A stretch of 53,351 nt of DNA, the filler included, from Malassezia furfur (taxonomy: Eukaryota), in NCBI GenBank assembly GCA_052055015.1. It is 2 parts of 2 records of this genome, joined end to end, with 100 filler letters (N's around TTAATTAATTAA, not from the genome) between each part and the next. Parts side by side here need not be neighbours in the genome. Positions count along the whole stretch, not along the records: positions 1 to 26,700 come from JBQJIT010000122.1; positions 26,801 to 53,351 come from JBQJIT010000123.1. The stretch is one strand, 5' to 3'. Of the stretch, positions 21,921-32,605 are shown one piece after another. Both the position numbers and the translations under genes were made by a program. A model generated the notes under the pieces. It was not told where the DNA came from, did no database searches, and was given only the letters and a program-made list of their open reading frames with translations. Every line of letters begins with the position of its first letter. Position 1 is the first letter of the stretch.

Positions 21921-23576
21921 TTACTTGCGATTCGCGAGGTAGTACTTGATCAGACCCGCCGTCGATGCGTCGTGGCCGTCCGCATCGACCTTGGCGGCAT
22001 CGCGCGACTGGAGCAGGGGCAGAATCTTCTTGGCCAGCACCTTGCCAAGCTCGACACCCATCTGGTCGAACGAGTTGATGTTCCAGATGAAGCCCTGCGT
22101 GGCGATCTTGTGCTCGTACAGTACAATCAGCGAACCGAGCGTCTTGGGCGTGATCTTCTGCACCATGATGCTGTTCGTCGGGCGGTTGCCGGGGAACACC
22201 TTGGACTTGACCAGCACCTCGTTGGACGCCTTGTCGCCGAGTTCCGCCTTGACCTCCTCGATCGTCTTGCCAAATGCGAGCGCCTCGGGCTGGGCGAAGA
22301 AGTTCGACAGCAGAATGTCGTGGTGCTCACGCACAGGGTTCAGCGTCTCGATCGGCGCAATGAAGTCGGCGGGGATCATCTTGGTGCCCTGGTGGATGAG
22401 CTGGTAGAAGGCGTGCTGGCCGTTGGTGCCCGCCTGGCCCCAGATCACGGGGCCGGTCTGGTAGTCGACGAGGTCGCCGTTCTTGGTGATCGACTTGCCG
22501 TTCGACTCCATGTCGCCCTGCTGGAAGTAGTCGGCGAACTTGTGCATGTACTGGTCGTACGGCAGAATGGCGTGCGTCTGCGCGTTGAAGAAGTCGTCGT
22601 ACCAGATGCCGAGCAGGCCGAGAATCGCCGGGAGGTTCTTCTCCAGCGGCGTGTTGAGGTAGTGCAGGTCCATGGCATGCGCACCGTCAAGCATCTCCTT
22701 GAAGTTCTCCCAGCCGATGGAGACCATGATGCTCAGGCCGATCGCCGACCACAGCGAGTAGCGGCCGCCGACCCAGTCCCAGAACTTGAACATATTCTCC
22801 TTGGCGATGCCGAATTCAGTCACGGCCTTTTCGTTGGTGCTGAGCGCAACAAAGTGCTTCGCGACGTGCGCCTTGTCCTTGGCGGCGTCCAGGAACCAGT
22901 CACGCGCGGTCTCGGCGTTAGTGATCGTCTCGATCGTGGTGAACGTCTTGCTCGCAATGATCACGAGCGTCGTCTCGGGGTCGGACGCACGCAGCGCCTC
23001 GGCCATATGGGTGCCGTCAATGTTCGACACAAAGTGCAGGTCGAGGTCGCGCTGCGAGTAGTATTTGAGCGCCTCGGTGACCATCACCGGACCCAGGTCC
23101 GAGCCACCGATACCGATGTTAATCACCGTCTTGATCGGCTTGCCGGTGTAACCCTTCCAGGTCTTGTTGCGCACCGCGTCGGTGAACTCACGCATGTGTT
23201 GCAGCTCCGACTTGACGTCCGCGACGCCGGGCTCATCCACCTTGAAGTCGCCCGCGAGGTCACGCAGCGCAACGTGGAGCACCGCACGGTCCTCGGTCAC
23301 GTTGATGTGCTTGCCCTCAAACATGGCCTTCTTCTGGCCATCGACGTCGGCCTGCTTGGCAAGCTCGAGGAGCTTGGCAAACACCTCATCGTCGATGAGG
23401 TTCTTGGAGAAGTCGAGCAGCATCGTCACGTCCTTGTTGTCAGTCGCGAACGAGCGAGAGAAGCGCTCGTAGCGATCCTTGTCGCTGGCGAACGCATCCT
23501 TAAGGTTGATCTTCTTCGTCTTCTGAAGCTGCTCGAGTTCCTTCCAGGCGGGGAGTTGGCTAGCGAGTTTCGACAT
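21921..23576 (-). CDS. PGI1: Glucose-6-phosphate isomerase
   Basis: [50 protein letters not shown] and [14 protein letters not shown] at 23576. Confidence 0.98.
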   Translation of the reverse strand: MSKLASQLPAWKELEQLQKTKKINLKDAFASDKDRYERFSRSFATDNKDVTMLLDFSKNLIDDEVFAKLLELAKQADVDGQKKAMFEGKHINVTEDRAVLHVALRDLAGDFKVDEPGVADVKSELQHMREFTDAVRNKTWKGYTGKPIKTVINIGIGGSDLGPVMVTEALKYYSQRDLDLHFVSNIDGTHMAEALRASDPETTLVIIASKTFTTIETITNAETARDWFLDAAKDKAHVAKHFVALSTNEKAVTEFGIAKENMFKFWDWVGGRYSLWSAIGLSIMVSIGWENFKEMLDGAHAMDLHYLNTPLEKNLPAILGLLGIWYDDFFNAQTHAILPYDQYMHKFADYFQQGDMESNGKSITKNGDLVDYQTGPVIWGQAGTNGQHAFYQLIHQGTKMIPADFIAPIETLNPVREHHDILLSNFFAQPEALAFGKTIEEVKAELGDKASNEVLVKSKVFPGNRPTNSIMVQKITPKTLGSLIVLYEHKIATQGFIWNINSFDQMGVELGKVLAKKILPLLQSRDAAKVDADGHDASTAGLIKYYLANRK

Positions 23577-23691
23577 GTTGGAAGAACGGGGACACCGAAA
23601 GTCCGTCTGTGCGCACGGGACGCCACGGTCACCGCTTGGGCGCATGGAAACTTTTCGACAAATGCTTAGTCATCGTCCACATCGCGCCTCC

Positions 23692-24840
23692 ATGGCTGAA
23701 CGCAGAAGCAAGTGGGATCGGCCTGCCGAGGGCGCCAAGTCGGGCGCGCTCACGATCAACTCGGAGGATGTGAAGCCGGCTGCACGCGCAGCAGCTGCCG
23801 CGGCCTCCAAGATCGCCGCGCAGTTCGGGCGGCCGGACCCGGCGACGGGCACGCTCGTGAAACACAGCGAGCTCGACGAAGACGCGCCGGACGGCGCCTA
23901 TGTGCACGACATCGACATCAACGACCACCGGAATCGGTACCTGTTGACCAAGCGCCAGACACAGCTGGATCTGTATCGCGAGTTTGGTACGCGCGTGTTC
24001 ACCAAGGGCACCTGGTACCCGGATCGGACCAAGGTGCGGCCCCACGACCCGCCGCTGTATCTGCACATCTCGGCGGATACCAAAGAGGCACTGGACCGCA
24101 CCATCGCACGCATCTACGAGCTGATGTCGCGCGACCTCCCGCCGCTGCTCGATGACCGCCTGCACCGGCGCGACGACCGCTTCATGAACTGGCCCGAAGA
24201 AAAGGTGCCGGTGGTGATGGAATCGCTCCGCAACTTCAACGTGCGCTCCAAGCTGGTGGGACCGGGTGGCATGTTTGTCAAATACATCCAGAGCGAGACA
24301 CGCGTCCGCACACAGATCCGTGGGCAGGGCTCTGGCTACTACGAGGCCGAGACCGGCCGCGAGCTCGAAGAGCCGCTCCACATCCATCTCTCGTACGTAC
24401 GCCGCCCGCACATCCGACTGACCCCAGGAGCCCGGAAGAGGCACAGCTGCGTAAGGCGCGTGAGCTTGCGCTCGACCTGGTGGATGCAGTAAAGACGGAA
24501 TGGAAGAAGGCATACGAGGCGCTTGGGTTGGGCCCCGCGCCCGACCCAAGCCAGGTGGCCGCACCGCCGCCGCCGCCGCCGGAAAACGAGGTGCCGCCGC
24601 CGCCAGAGGACGAAGTGCCACGTACGTCTACCAACTCACCCAGCGCCGCCCCCGACCGACGAGCCGGCGCAGCCAGAGCCGCCCAAGGAGGAGGCGAACG
24701 GTGTGTCCGAGGAAGAGGCCGCACTGCGGCAATACTGGAAGGACTATGTCGCGTGGGAGAAGAGTTTCGTGGATTACCATGGCCGCAAGCCGACCAAGGA
24801 GGAGGGCGGCCAGGACGTGCCTCCCGAGCATCAACATTAA
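23692..24840 (+). CDS. KH-domain RNA-binding protein, KHDC4/BLOM7-like putative splicing factor
   Basis: N-terminal RRSKWD, DIDINDHRNRYLLTK, PPLYLHIS, FNVRSKLVGPGGMFVKYIQSET and IRGQGSGY, with a Pro-rich tail. Introns 24393-24427 (35) and 24622-24643 (22). Confidence 0.85.
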
Positions 24841-24869
24841 TGCTATATACCGTGCTGCACGTAGATCAT

Positions 24870-26153
24870 CTAAAAGCCCCGTTGGTGTGTATTTCTCACG
24901 GCCGCGCGGCTGCGCGTACTTCTTCGAGGGCGAAGTTGGGTATCATCTGGTACTTGGTCGGGTCGTGCACGTTTGGATGGCGGCAATGCCGAGGGCGATA
25001 GTGCGCGTTTTTGCTCCGTGGGTGCATTGGCTGGTGCTGCCTCGTTCGGCTGCTCTGTGCTGCTGGATGACGACGACTGCGCAGGCGACGCTGGCGCCGA
25101 TGCTGGCTCACTGGATGCAGTTAGCGGCGTAGAAACATCGAGCTCTTCTTCGGATCCCACGTCGGATTCGCTGTCCCACGCCAGTACCTCGTCAAGGAGT
25201 GCATCCGAGTCGGGCGGCTTGTCCCACGCAAAGCGCTGCCCCCATTTCCAGTCGTGCCAGCCATCCGGCATCCTTGTGTCGTCGGGAGCGACGCAGGCCA
25301 TACGCCAAATGTCTCTCGGAGTGGGATCGGGCAGCACTTTATCGACCTCAGCTCGAGCTTTGTCGACCAGCGCACGGCGCGCGAGTATGTCGGGCATCGC
25401 TTTCATCGACCACGTACGCCGCTCCAAATGCGGCACCACGGGTCGCGCCGCGTACAGTGCAGACATCTGTTCGTGGACCTTGTCCGCTGCGATCTTGGCT
25501 CGTGCGTCGTTCGAGGCATAGGCGGCGGCCAACACGTCGCGCCACTCGAGCGAGCGTGCCGACACTCGGCGATGCACCACTTCCGGTATCCCGCGCAGTG
25601 TGTCGTACAGCGCGCCTGGCGGCAGGGCTGCTGTAGAGTCGAGGAGCTTGGTCGCCTCTTTCGCGACGGCCTCGGGGGTATAAGTCGTGCCTGGAAACAG
25701 CTTAAGGTGAGTGAGAAGCTGGCACAGGGCGTGGTGCACGGCCATCCAGTGCACGCCCGCCGACTCGCGGGAGAGCGGTCCACATTGCTCCGCAATCGCC
25801 GCGACTTCGTCGGCGAGCAGAAAATTGGGCGCAGGCACTTGGTCGGCGTGCATCGGCCAGTGCAACGGGCCATTGTGCGTTGTTAAGAACCGCGCCTGCT
25901 CGAGAACTTCTTCCCTATCAATGGCGTCCGGCACCTGCTCGTCCACCATCGCATGCGTTAAATGGCGTTGACTCGCCGCGGCGGAGCCAAGCTCGTAGCC
26001 GATGTCGACGCCACATCCGTAATCGAGGGCATTAAAGACTGACTGGATGTCCTCAAACTCTTGCTGTGGCAACGCATTGCTTTTTCCATGTCGTCGAGCC
26101 GCTGCGCGCTGTGCTAACCGCTGGGGCGCTGGTCGCACTGGCTCAGTGCGCAT
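24870..26153 (-). CDS. Hypothetical protein, possibly a divergent Rrn9 (Pol I upstream activation factor subunit)
   Basis: Intact ORF from ATG 26153 to stop 24870. HWPMHADQVP and LEWRDVLAAA...MSALY resemble my recollection of fungal Rrn9 motifs; unverified. Confidence 0.55.
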   Translation of the reverse strand: MRTEPVRPAPQRLAQRAAARRHGKSNALPQQEFEDIQSVFNALDYGCGVDIGYELGSAAASQRHLTHAMVDEQVPDAIDREEVLEQARFLTTHNGPLHWPMHADQVPAPNFLLADEVAAIAEQCGPLSRESAGVHWMAVHHALCQLLTHLKLFPGTTYTPEAVAKEATKLLDSTAALPPGALYDTLRGIPEVVHRRVSARSLEWRDVLAAAYASNDARAKIAADKVHEQMSALYAARPVVPHLERRTWSMKAMPDILARRALVDKARAEVDKVLPDPTPRDIWRMACVAPDDTRMPDGWHDWKWGQRFAWDKPPDSDALLDEVLAWDSESDVGSEEELDVSTPLTASSEPASAPASPAQSSSSSSTEQPNEAAPANAPTEQKRALSPSALPPSKRARPDQVPDDTQLRPRRSTRSRAAVRNTHQRGF

Positions 26154-26282
26154 GCCAAGCCTTGGATGACGCGCAGATGAAATGTTGCGGCGCAACTTTT
26201 ATTTTTGGGTTCGCGATTGCCCAATCAATCCGCGCATGGAGAGTCGGTCACACGCCAAGATGCTTCTTCCTCTCTCGCAGTC

Positions 26283-26940
26283 ATGAACCAACTTCTGATG
26301 CTTTTCCAGCGGCACAAGCGCCAAATTATGCGCTATGGCCGTATGGTATGTTCTCGCGAATCTCACACAGCTTCTTCAACGCCTCAGCGGCCGTCGCACG
26401 AGCGCCGGTATGGGTGCTGGCATGGGTGCCGGTATGGGCAGCGGCATGGGCTCCGGTATGGGCGGAGGCATGGGCGGTAGCAGCGGCATGATGGGCTCCG
26501 GCGGTATGGGCTCCGGCGGTGGCGGCCTGAGCAGCATGGTCAGCAGCGTCATGGGCGGCGGTAGCCACCACGGCGGCGGCATGGGCGGCGGTATGGGCTC
26601 CGGCATGGGCGGCATGGGCTCTGGCATGGGTGGCATGGGCGGCGGTCACCATGGCGGCATGGGCGGCGGCATGGGCTCTGGCAGGGGCGGCATGGGCGGC
26701 NNNNNNNNNNNNNNNNNNNNNNNNNNNNNNNNNNNNNNNNNNNNTTAATTAATTAANNNNNNNNNNNNNNNNNNNNNNNNNNNNNNNNNNNNNNNNNNNN
26801 GCGTTTCGGTGCAGGGAAGAGTGGCTTTGCGAAGCCCAAGGACGATGCGGACCGCTTGAAGCAGGGCATGCCGTACAAATACCGTGTGAAGAAATCGGGC
26901 TTCTTGGTGCGTCGCATGACTAACGCAGCGTGAACTATAA
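26283..26940 (+). CDS. Gly/Met/Ser-rich low-complexity orphan protein spanning an assembly gap
   Basis: ATG 26283, 25-nt intron 26346-26370, then GM/GGM/GSG repeats to the gap at 26701. After the gap RFGAGKSG...KKSGFL, a 22-nt intron 26907-26928, then REL* (TAA 26938-26940). Continuity across the gap is assumed. Confidence 0.65.
26401..26700 (+). repeat. Coding imperfect tandem repeat (GGCATGGGC / GGCTCCGGC units)
   Basis: Repeated ggcatgggc, ggtatgggc and ggcggc units run into the N gap. Confidence 0.9.
26701..26800. other. Assembly gap with artificial six-frame-stop linker TTAATTAATTAA (26745-26756)
   Basis: 44 N + ttaattaattaa + 44 N, exactly 100 nt. Confidence 0.97.
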
Positions 26941-26949
26941 AGAGTGTCC

Positions 26950-28188
26950 CTAAGCGGGTGTCTTGGCGTTGTGCATCGCCTCCCGTAGCGCGCGCAGCGA
27001 TGCATGTGCATGGCCTGCGCGCATCGACTCTCGCACGAGTTGCGTGCACTGGACCAGGTTGCCATTCCCAAAGCCGGCAATGTACAGCGCCGACGCGGCC
27101 TGGATCAAGGTATAGTCGTAGATCGCACCCAGGTTCACTCCCGCGGGGATCGGCTCCAGCGCTAGCCCGGGCACATCGGCCTCGATGCTGAGCGGTGCAT
27201 CGAGCGGCTTGTCCTCGGGCGGTGTAGGGTCAGTGAAGAAGCGCACGACCACCGATGCGTTCTGTGCCGCAGTACCGCATCGCACATCCTCCAGCGGGTG
27301 TGTCGGCAGGCCAAAGTCGGACGGGGCAATCACTTTGTGCGTCACGACCCCTTGGTCCACCTCCCAGACGTCCGTCGGACCCGAGGGGCTGATTTCGTCG
27401 AGGCCCTCCTGGCCGCATACCACCCACACCCGCTCCATGCCAGCAAGCCGCAGAGCGTCCGCATACGTCTGGCCGAGGCCCGAGCTGTGCACGCCATACA
27501 CTCCACGCGCGGGCCGTGCCGGGTTGATAAGCGGACCCAGAATGTTAAACAGTGTAGGGAAACCCAGCGACGCACGGATCGGTGCAAGTGGCGCCATCGC
27601 ACTGTGGAACTTGGGCGCAAACAAAAAGGTACAACGCAGTTCCTCTAGCAGGGTCGCCAGCGCATCCGGCGCGACGTCCAGCAGGGGAATGCCCAGCGAT
27701 ATTAGCAGTTCGGCAGAGCCGGACGTCGATGACGACGCACGGCCGCCATGCTTGCACACATGCATCCCTTCCACACCAGCAGCCACAAACGATGCTGTGG
27801 TTGACACGTTGAACGTGTCTTTCCCGTCGCCACCCGTGCCGACCATGTCGACGAAGCCGCTGTAGCTCGACGCGGCGCTAGGCTTGATCGCGGGGAGGGT
27901 AATGGGCGTTGCAAGCTGCAGCAGCGCTTGGCGCATAAATGCGAGGGTCTTCGGTGCCGTATCGAGACCCGTCACGCGCAACGCCGTGAGTGCCGACCCA
28001 ATCACGGCATGATGCTGGGGATTGCCGGTGAATGTCGCATCTGTGAGATGCGCTAGCAGCTCGTGGAGCTGCGCGTCGGTGAGCGGTGATGCAGGGTCAC
28101 GGAACGTGCCGCTGGGAGGCTTCGGTACCGAGATGCTTAACACCAGCTGGGCCAGCAGCGGCTTGAATGTAGCGAGGGTGTGCGCCAT
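26950..28188 (-). CDS. TRP4: Anthranilate phosphoribosyltransferase
   Basis: DMVGTGGDGKDTFNVST, KHGGRASSSTSGSA, PTLFNILGPLINP and GLDEIS. Confidence 0.97.
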   Translation of the reverse strand: MAHTLATFKPLLAQLVLSISVPKPPSGTFRDPASPLTDAQLHELLAHLTDATFTGNPQHHAVIGSALTALRVTGLDTAPKTLAFMRQALLQLATPITLPAIKPSAASSYSGFVDMVGTGGDGKDTFNVSTTASFVAAGVEGMHVCKHGGRASSSTSGSAELLISLGIPLLDVAPDALATLLEELRCTFLFAPKFHSAMAPLAPIRASLGFPTLFNILGPLINPARPARGVYGVHSSGLGQTYADALRLAGMERVWVVCGQEGLDEISPSGPTDVWEVDQGVVTHKVIAPSDFGLPTHPLEDVRCGTAAQNASVVVRFFTDPTPPEDKPLDAPLSIEADVPGLALEPIPAGVNLGAIYDYTLIQAASALYIAGFGNGNLVQCTQLVRESMRAGHAHASLRALREAMHNAKTPA

Positions 28189-28304
28189 GACCGATCCACG
28201 AAGCTGCAGGCGGATGCGGGGAATACGAGCGTCTTCCGGCCGAGTGTCAGCGCTTGGTCAGCGCGTCGTCGAACAGCCCGGCCTCTCCACAAGTGGCTAT
28301 TACC

Positions 28305-28955
28305 ATGGGCAAGGCACAGTCCAAGCTTACGCCGGAGCAGCTGACGGATCTGCAGAAGAACACATACTGTGCGTTACCGCACGGAAGTATGGCTAACCAC
28401 AGTCGACCGTAAGGAGCTACAGCAATGGTACAAGGGCTTCATGAACGACTGTCCATCGGGCCAGCTGGACCGGACGGAGTTTGCACGGATATACAAGCAG
28501 TTCTTCCCTTTCGGTGATCCTGCACCGCTGGCCGACTACGTGTTCAACGTGTTTGACGAGAACAAGAACGGGTTCATTGACTTTAAAGAGTTTATCTGTG
28601 CCCTGAGTGTTACAAGCCGCGGTCGTCTGGACGAGAAGCTCCGCTGGGCGTTCCAGCTGTACGACATCGACGGTGATGGCACCATCACCTACCAAGAAAT
28701 GCTCAGTACGTGCAACGACTTATGCAGCCATCGTTCGTGCTATCTACAAGATGACGGGTCAGATGGTCAAGCTCCCCGAGGACGAAGATACGCCGGAAAA
28801 GCGCGTCGACAAGATTTTCCGCGTGATGGACGTGGATAAGAACTCGGAGTGTACGTCGCACGGCTGATTCAGTATCGTTTGAGGAGTTCAAGGAAGGATC
28901 GAAGCAGGACCCCTCGATCGTGCAGGCCCTGTCGCTGTACGATGGTCTGGTGTAA
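28305..28955 (+). CDS. FRQ1: Neuronal calcium sensor 1 / frequenin (N-myristoylated EF-hand protein)
   Basis: [25 protein letters not shown]-hand loops [12 protein letters not shown] and [12 protein letters not shown], and C-terminal ALSLYDGLV. Introns 28369-28402 (34), 28706-28727 (22) and 28851-28872 (22). Confidence 0.96.
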
Positions 28956-29024
28956 CGAAAGCCACCGCGGTGCGCGACTTGTATCATATTCCGTCGCTAC
29001 CTACTGAAACACGGTTCTTAGACA

Positions 29025-31217
29025 TTAGACTGGATTCATTTCCACAAGCGCATGCGAGTGCAGATGCTCGATCCACTCGCGCAGATAGATTCGCGGCTTG
29101 GACTGATCCTGGGAACTTCCCGCGATCGTCTCCGCGTCGCCCACCACGACGAGCTGGCGCTTGGCGCGCGTCATGGCTACATTCAGGCGCCTCCGCTCAC
29201 TCAGGAAACCCACCTCGTGCTCTTCGTTGGAGCGCACGAGGCTGATAATCACCACCTCTTTTTCGCGCCCTTGCATGCCGTCGACAGTGCCAATCTCCAT
29301 GTCCGAGCCGAGCGCGTTGCGCAATTGCGTACTGAGCAAGTCAATTTGTGAGGCATACGGTGACAGCACTGCAATGTCACACATAGGCACGCCATGATCC
29401 ATCAAGAGGCGGATGTGCCGCTCCACCAACACCGCTTCGTTTTCATTGCAACGTGATGTGGCTTGCAGTATGGAGCCCTGAGAGTCGTCGTCGGCCATTT
29501 TCTCCCACATGCCTGTCCCAGTCGTATCGTAAAATACAAGGGGAGCTGTCCACAGCTCGTCGTCCGCCTCCTCGGGTTTATCAACGGACTCAAGGTCGTA
29601 CAACCGAATGGCGCGGCAACTTTTATCGGCGCACAGACGCGATTTGTACAGCGCTTTATTCGGATAGGCCATGATTTCTGCATTCATGCGGTACTGGGTA
29701 TCCAAAAGCGCCTTGCATCCGTCGCCGTACATGTACAACATGCGATCAAATAATGTCTCCTCCAAGGTGGTGGGCAGGCGCAATGTCGCCGACTTGTCAC
29801 CCTCTTTGAACGTCTTGGTCGCTTTCACCGTAGGGGGCAGCTGCAAATGATCCCCTGCTAAAATCAGACGTCCGTGCGGCGCCAGCTTCAAAATCGCCGT
29901 CCAGCACGTAGGTTCCAGCGCCTGACATGCTTCGTCAATGATCACATAGTCAAAACTGGTTCCCTGCAGCTGTCGACTGCCTGCACCATGGCAGGTCGCC
30001 ATCACGATGCGTGCGCGTTGCAACACCGTCGTAGTGAGCGACCGTTCTCGCTTGCGATACTCTTTACGGAGCTCGCGCACCTGCTCCCACAATTTCCGGC
30101 GCTCAGCTCCTTTGGGCCGCGGTGCCGTGCGTGCACTTTTGTTTCCTGCGCGCGGCGCATTGGACCGCGGTGAGAGAACAGACATCAACTGGTCAATCTC
30201 GGCAGCCACTTCACGCACGAGCTGCCCTTCAGAGGAGAGCGTTGTTTGCACGTCCAGCGTCGCACTGCTCAAGCTCGCCATCACCCGCGCAGGATGACCA
30301 ATTCGTGTTACACGTGCATCGGCCGCCTGTAACGCTTCCTTATACCCTGGTGTCATTAGCGTGCGCTCCAATAAGTTGTCCACAGCGAGGTTGCTCGCAC
30401 CGCACACCAGGATGCGTGCCTTGGAGTCCATTTGGGCCAGCTGCACAATGAGTTCGGCAATCACGGTTGTTTTTCCGGTACCTGGCGGTCCGTGGATTAG
30501 TGCGACTTGGTTGGCACGCATCGCAAAGTCAATGGCGGCGTGCTGTGCCTTGTTGAAGCGTGTATTGATCGATGTCCATGACATAGGGTCCTTGGTCCAC
30601 GTCGGCGGTGCAAGACCCAGGAGCGTGCGGATGACTGGAGGTGCACTTTCGAGCGAGCCCGCACCGTCGCCCAGGCCGACAAGGCCGCCCAGCTTCGAGA
30701 GCGATTGCTCCATACGGTCGTACGTGACTTCGTTGACGAGCTTGACGAGGCGCAAAGTGGGCGGGAGGTCCAGGTCTGTACCTGCTGCATCCTCCTCTTC
30801 TTTTCCACCCCCATCCATGGCCACGGTGATCTGTGTATCGCTTACACGGAAGACGACACCTTGGTCGCCCTTGGCCTTTTTGGCGCCCTTTTTGGGCTCG
30901 CCATTCTCCTCCAAAACAACCACATCTCCCGTTCGGAAAGTATGCGGAGGGAATTGGGACTGTGTGTGCAGGGCAGAGGACCGTTCTAGGTCCACGAGCA
31001 ATTTTGCTCCTTGGCCAATTCGCACGGCACTCGCGTAGAGACCAAGCAGAGCAAGCCCGTTGCGTTCTAGCAAGCGCGGAGGGCTTCGTGCGAGAAGCAG
31101 AGCGCTTTGTTCCCGTTCCTCCTGTCTCTCAGCATCCAGCAACTCGCGCAGGCGCGTGTGCCACGCCTGCACCTGGCGGGCATCTGGTGTTGCAGGCGTG
31201 CGCACAGACTCTGGCAT
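29025..31217 (-). CDS. HCS1: SF1 Upf1-like helicase Hcs1/IGHMBP2
   Basis: IHGPPGTGKT, SNLAVDNL, RIGHPAR, IIDEACQ, GDHLQLPP, QYRMN, TVDGMQGRE and RRLNVAMTRA; ATG at 31217. Confidence 0.93.
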   Translation of the reverse strand: MPESVRTPATPDARQVQAWHTRLRELLDAERQEEREQSALLLARSPPRLLERNGLALLGLYASAVRIGQGAKLLVDLERSSALHTQSQFPPHTFRTGDVVVLEENGEPKKGAKKAKGDQGVVFRVSDTQITVAMDGGGKEEEDAAGTDLDLPPTLRLVKLVNEVTYDRMEQSLSKLGGLVGLGDGAGSLESAPPVIRTLLGLAPPTWTKDPMSWTSINTRFNKAQHAAIDFAMRANQVALIHGPPGTGKTTVIAELIVQLAQMDSKARILVCGASNLAVDNLLERTLMTPGYKEALQAADARVTRIGHPARVMASLSSATLDVQTTLSSEGQLVREVAAEIDQLMSVLSPRSNAPRAGNKSARTAPRPKGAERRKLWEQVRELRKEYRKRERSLTTTVLQRARIVMATCHGAGSRQLQGTSFDYVIIDEACQALEPTCWTAILKLAPHGRLILAGDHLQLPPTVKATKTFKEGDKSATLRLPTTLEETLFDRMLYMYGDGCKALLDTQYRMNAEIMAYPNKALYKSRLCADKSCRAIRLYDLESVDKPEEADDELWTAPLVFYDTTGTGMWEKMADDDSQGSILQATSRCNENEAVLVERHIRLLMDHGVPMCDIAVLSPYASQIDLLSTQLRNALGSDMEIGTVDGMQGREKEVVIISLVRSNEEHEVGFLSERRRLNVAMTRAKRQLVVVGDAETIAGSSQDQSKPRIYLREWIEHLHSHALVEMNPV

Positions 31218-31370
31218 GGCTGCGTTGCGAAGACCGGTGCTGCAGCAGCCACGTGGTGATCGCATCTCAGGTGTGGAGGTACCGGACCGGGGCAGAAGAC
31301 GGCTCCCCCGGATTGCTCCGCACCGGTGCCACGAGGCTTCGACGCGAACCACTTCTTATTCCCCACCAGA

Positions 31371-32318
31371 ATGCGTGCTTCTCTTGTGAACCAGCTGCGT
31401 GTGCTTGTCCCTATCAAGCGCACTATTGACTATGGTATGTACATGTATGAGAAGCGTCTAATGCACCAGCGGTCAAGATCCGCGTCGCTTCGGACGGCAA
31501 GGGTGTCGACACGAACGTGCAGCATTCGATGAACCCCTTTGACGAGATTGCCGTTGAGGAGGCTGTGCGTTTGCGTGAGCGCCACAAGGGCGTTGTTGAC
31601 AAGATCGTACGTGAGCGTGTTCACTGACCCCCAAGACTGTCGTGTCGGCTGGTCCGGCTAAGTCGCAGGATGTGCTGCGTACGGCCCTGGCGATGGGCGC
31701 TGATGATGCGATCCACGTCGACATTCCTGACAAGTCGCTCTCGGGCCCCCTTGAGCCGCTTGCTGTCTCGAAGATCCTCAAGACGATCATCGAGAAGGAG
31801 GAGGGTGACAACAAGATCGGCCTTGTGATTCTCGGCAAGCAGGCCATCGACGACGATGCGTCGCAGACTGGCCAGATGCTTGCTGGTCTGCTCAACTGGC
31901 CGCAGGCTACCTTCGCCTCAAAGGTCGAGCTTGAGGGCAAGGGCAACGAAGGCGACAAGGTGCAGGTGACGCGCGAGGTCGACGGTGGTCTCGCGGTCGT
32001 GGACAGCACCATCCCGATGGTGATCACGACGGACCTGCGTCTGAACGGTACGTGATTCCTACTGATCCACAGAACCGCGCTATGCTTCGCTGCCCAACAT
32101 CATGAAGGCGAAGAAGAAGCCGCTCAAGAAGATGACTGTCGCGGACCTTGGTCTCGAGAAGGAGATCCAGCCGCGGCTTACGACCGAGAAGGTGTCCGAG
32201 CCGCCGAAGCGGCAGGGTGGTGCCAAGGTATGTGGGGTGTGGTTTCGTGAGAGACTAACGACAGGTCGAAAACGTCGATGAGCTCATTTCGAAGCTCAAG
32301 GAGGCCGGCCGTATCTAA
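31371..32318 (+). CDS. CIR1: Electron transfer flavoprotein beta subunit
   Basis: [43 protein letters not shown] and [21 protein letters not shown]. Introns 31435-31469 (35), 31607-31635 (29), 32048-32072 (25) and 32228-32264 (37). Confidence 0.96.
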
Positions 32319-32605
32319 GCGGTGTTTTATACAATCACTATGCAGACATAGCACTCAACTCAACGTGCACCTACGATAGCCGCACTTTGCGCCGCAATTG
32401 CCAGCTGCGTGCGTCGTCCGCTGCTTTTGGCGTTGTTGCGACCAAGACCGAAATTCCCGTTGCTATGCATCGGGCTGCCGTGCCCGATGCGCCGGGGCCC
32501 GCCCGTACCGCTTGGGCCACATTTTCGGCCCAAGTCCGCGCAGGTGCAGATTAACGTTGCCCTCGCGTTGCCTAGCACGACGATCGACGTCTTTTCACCA
32601 CCACT

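Noticed and set aside
13220..23669. 609-aa (13220-15049) and 565-aa (21972-23669) plus-strand ORFs
   Set aside because: Antisense shadows of TVP38 and PGI1.
26745..26756. TTAATTAATTAA palindrome
   Set aside because: Centred in a 100-nt N gap; an artificial scaffolding linker with stops in all six frames.
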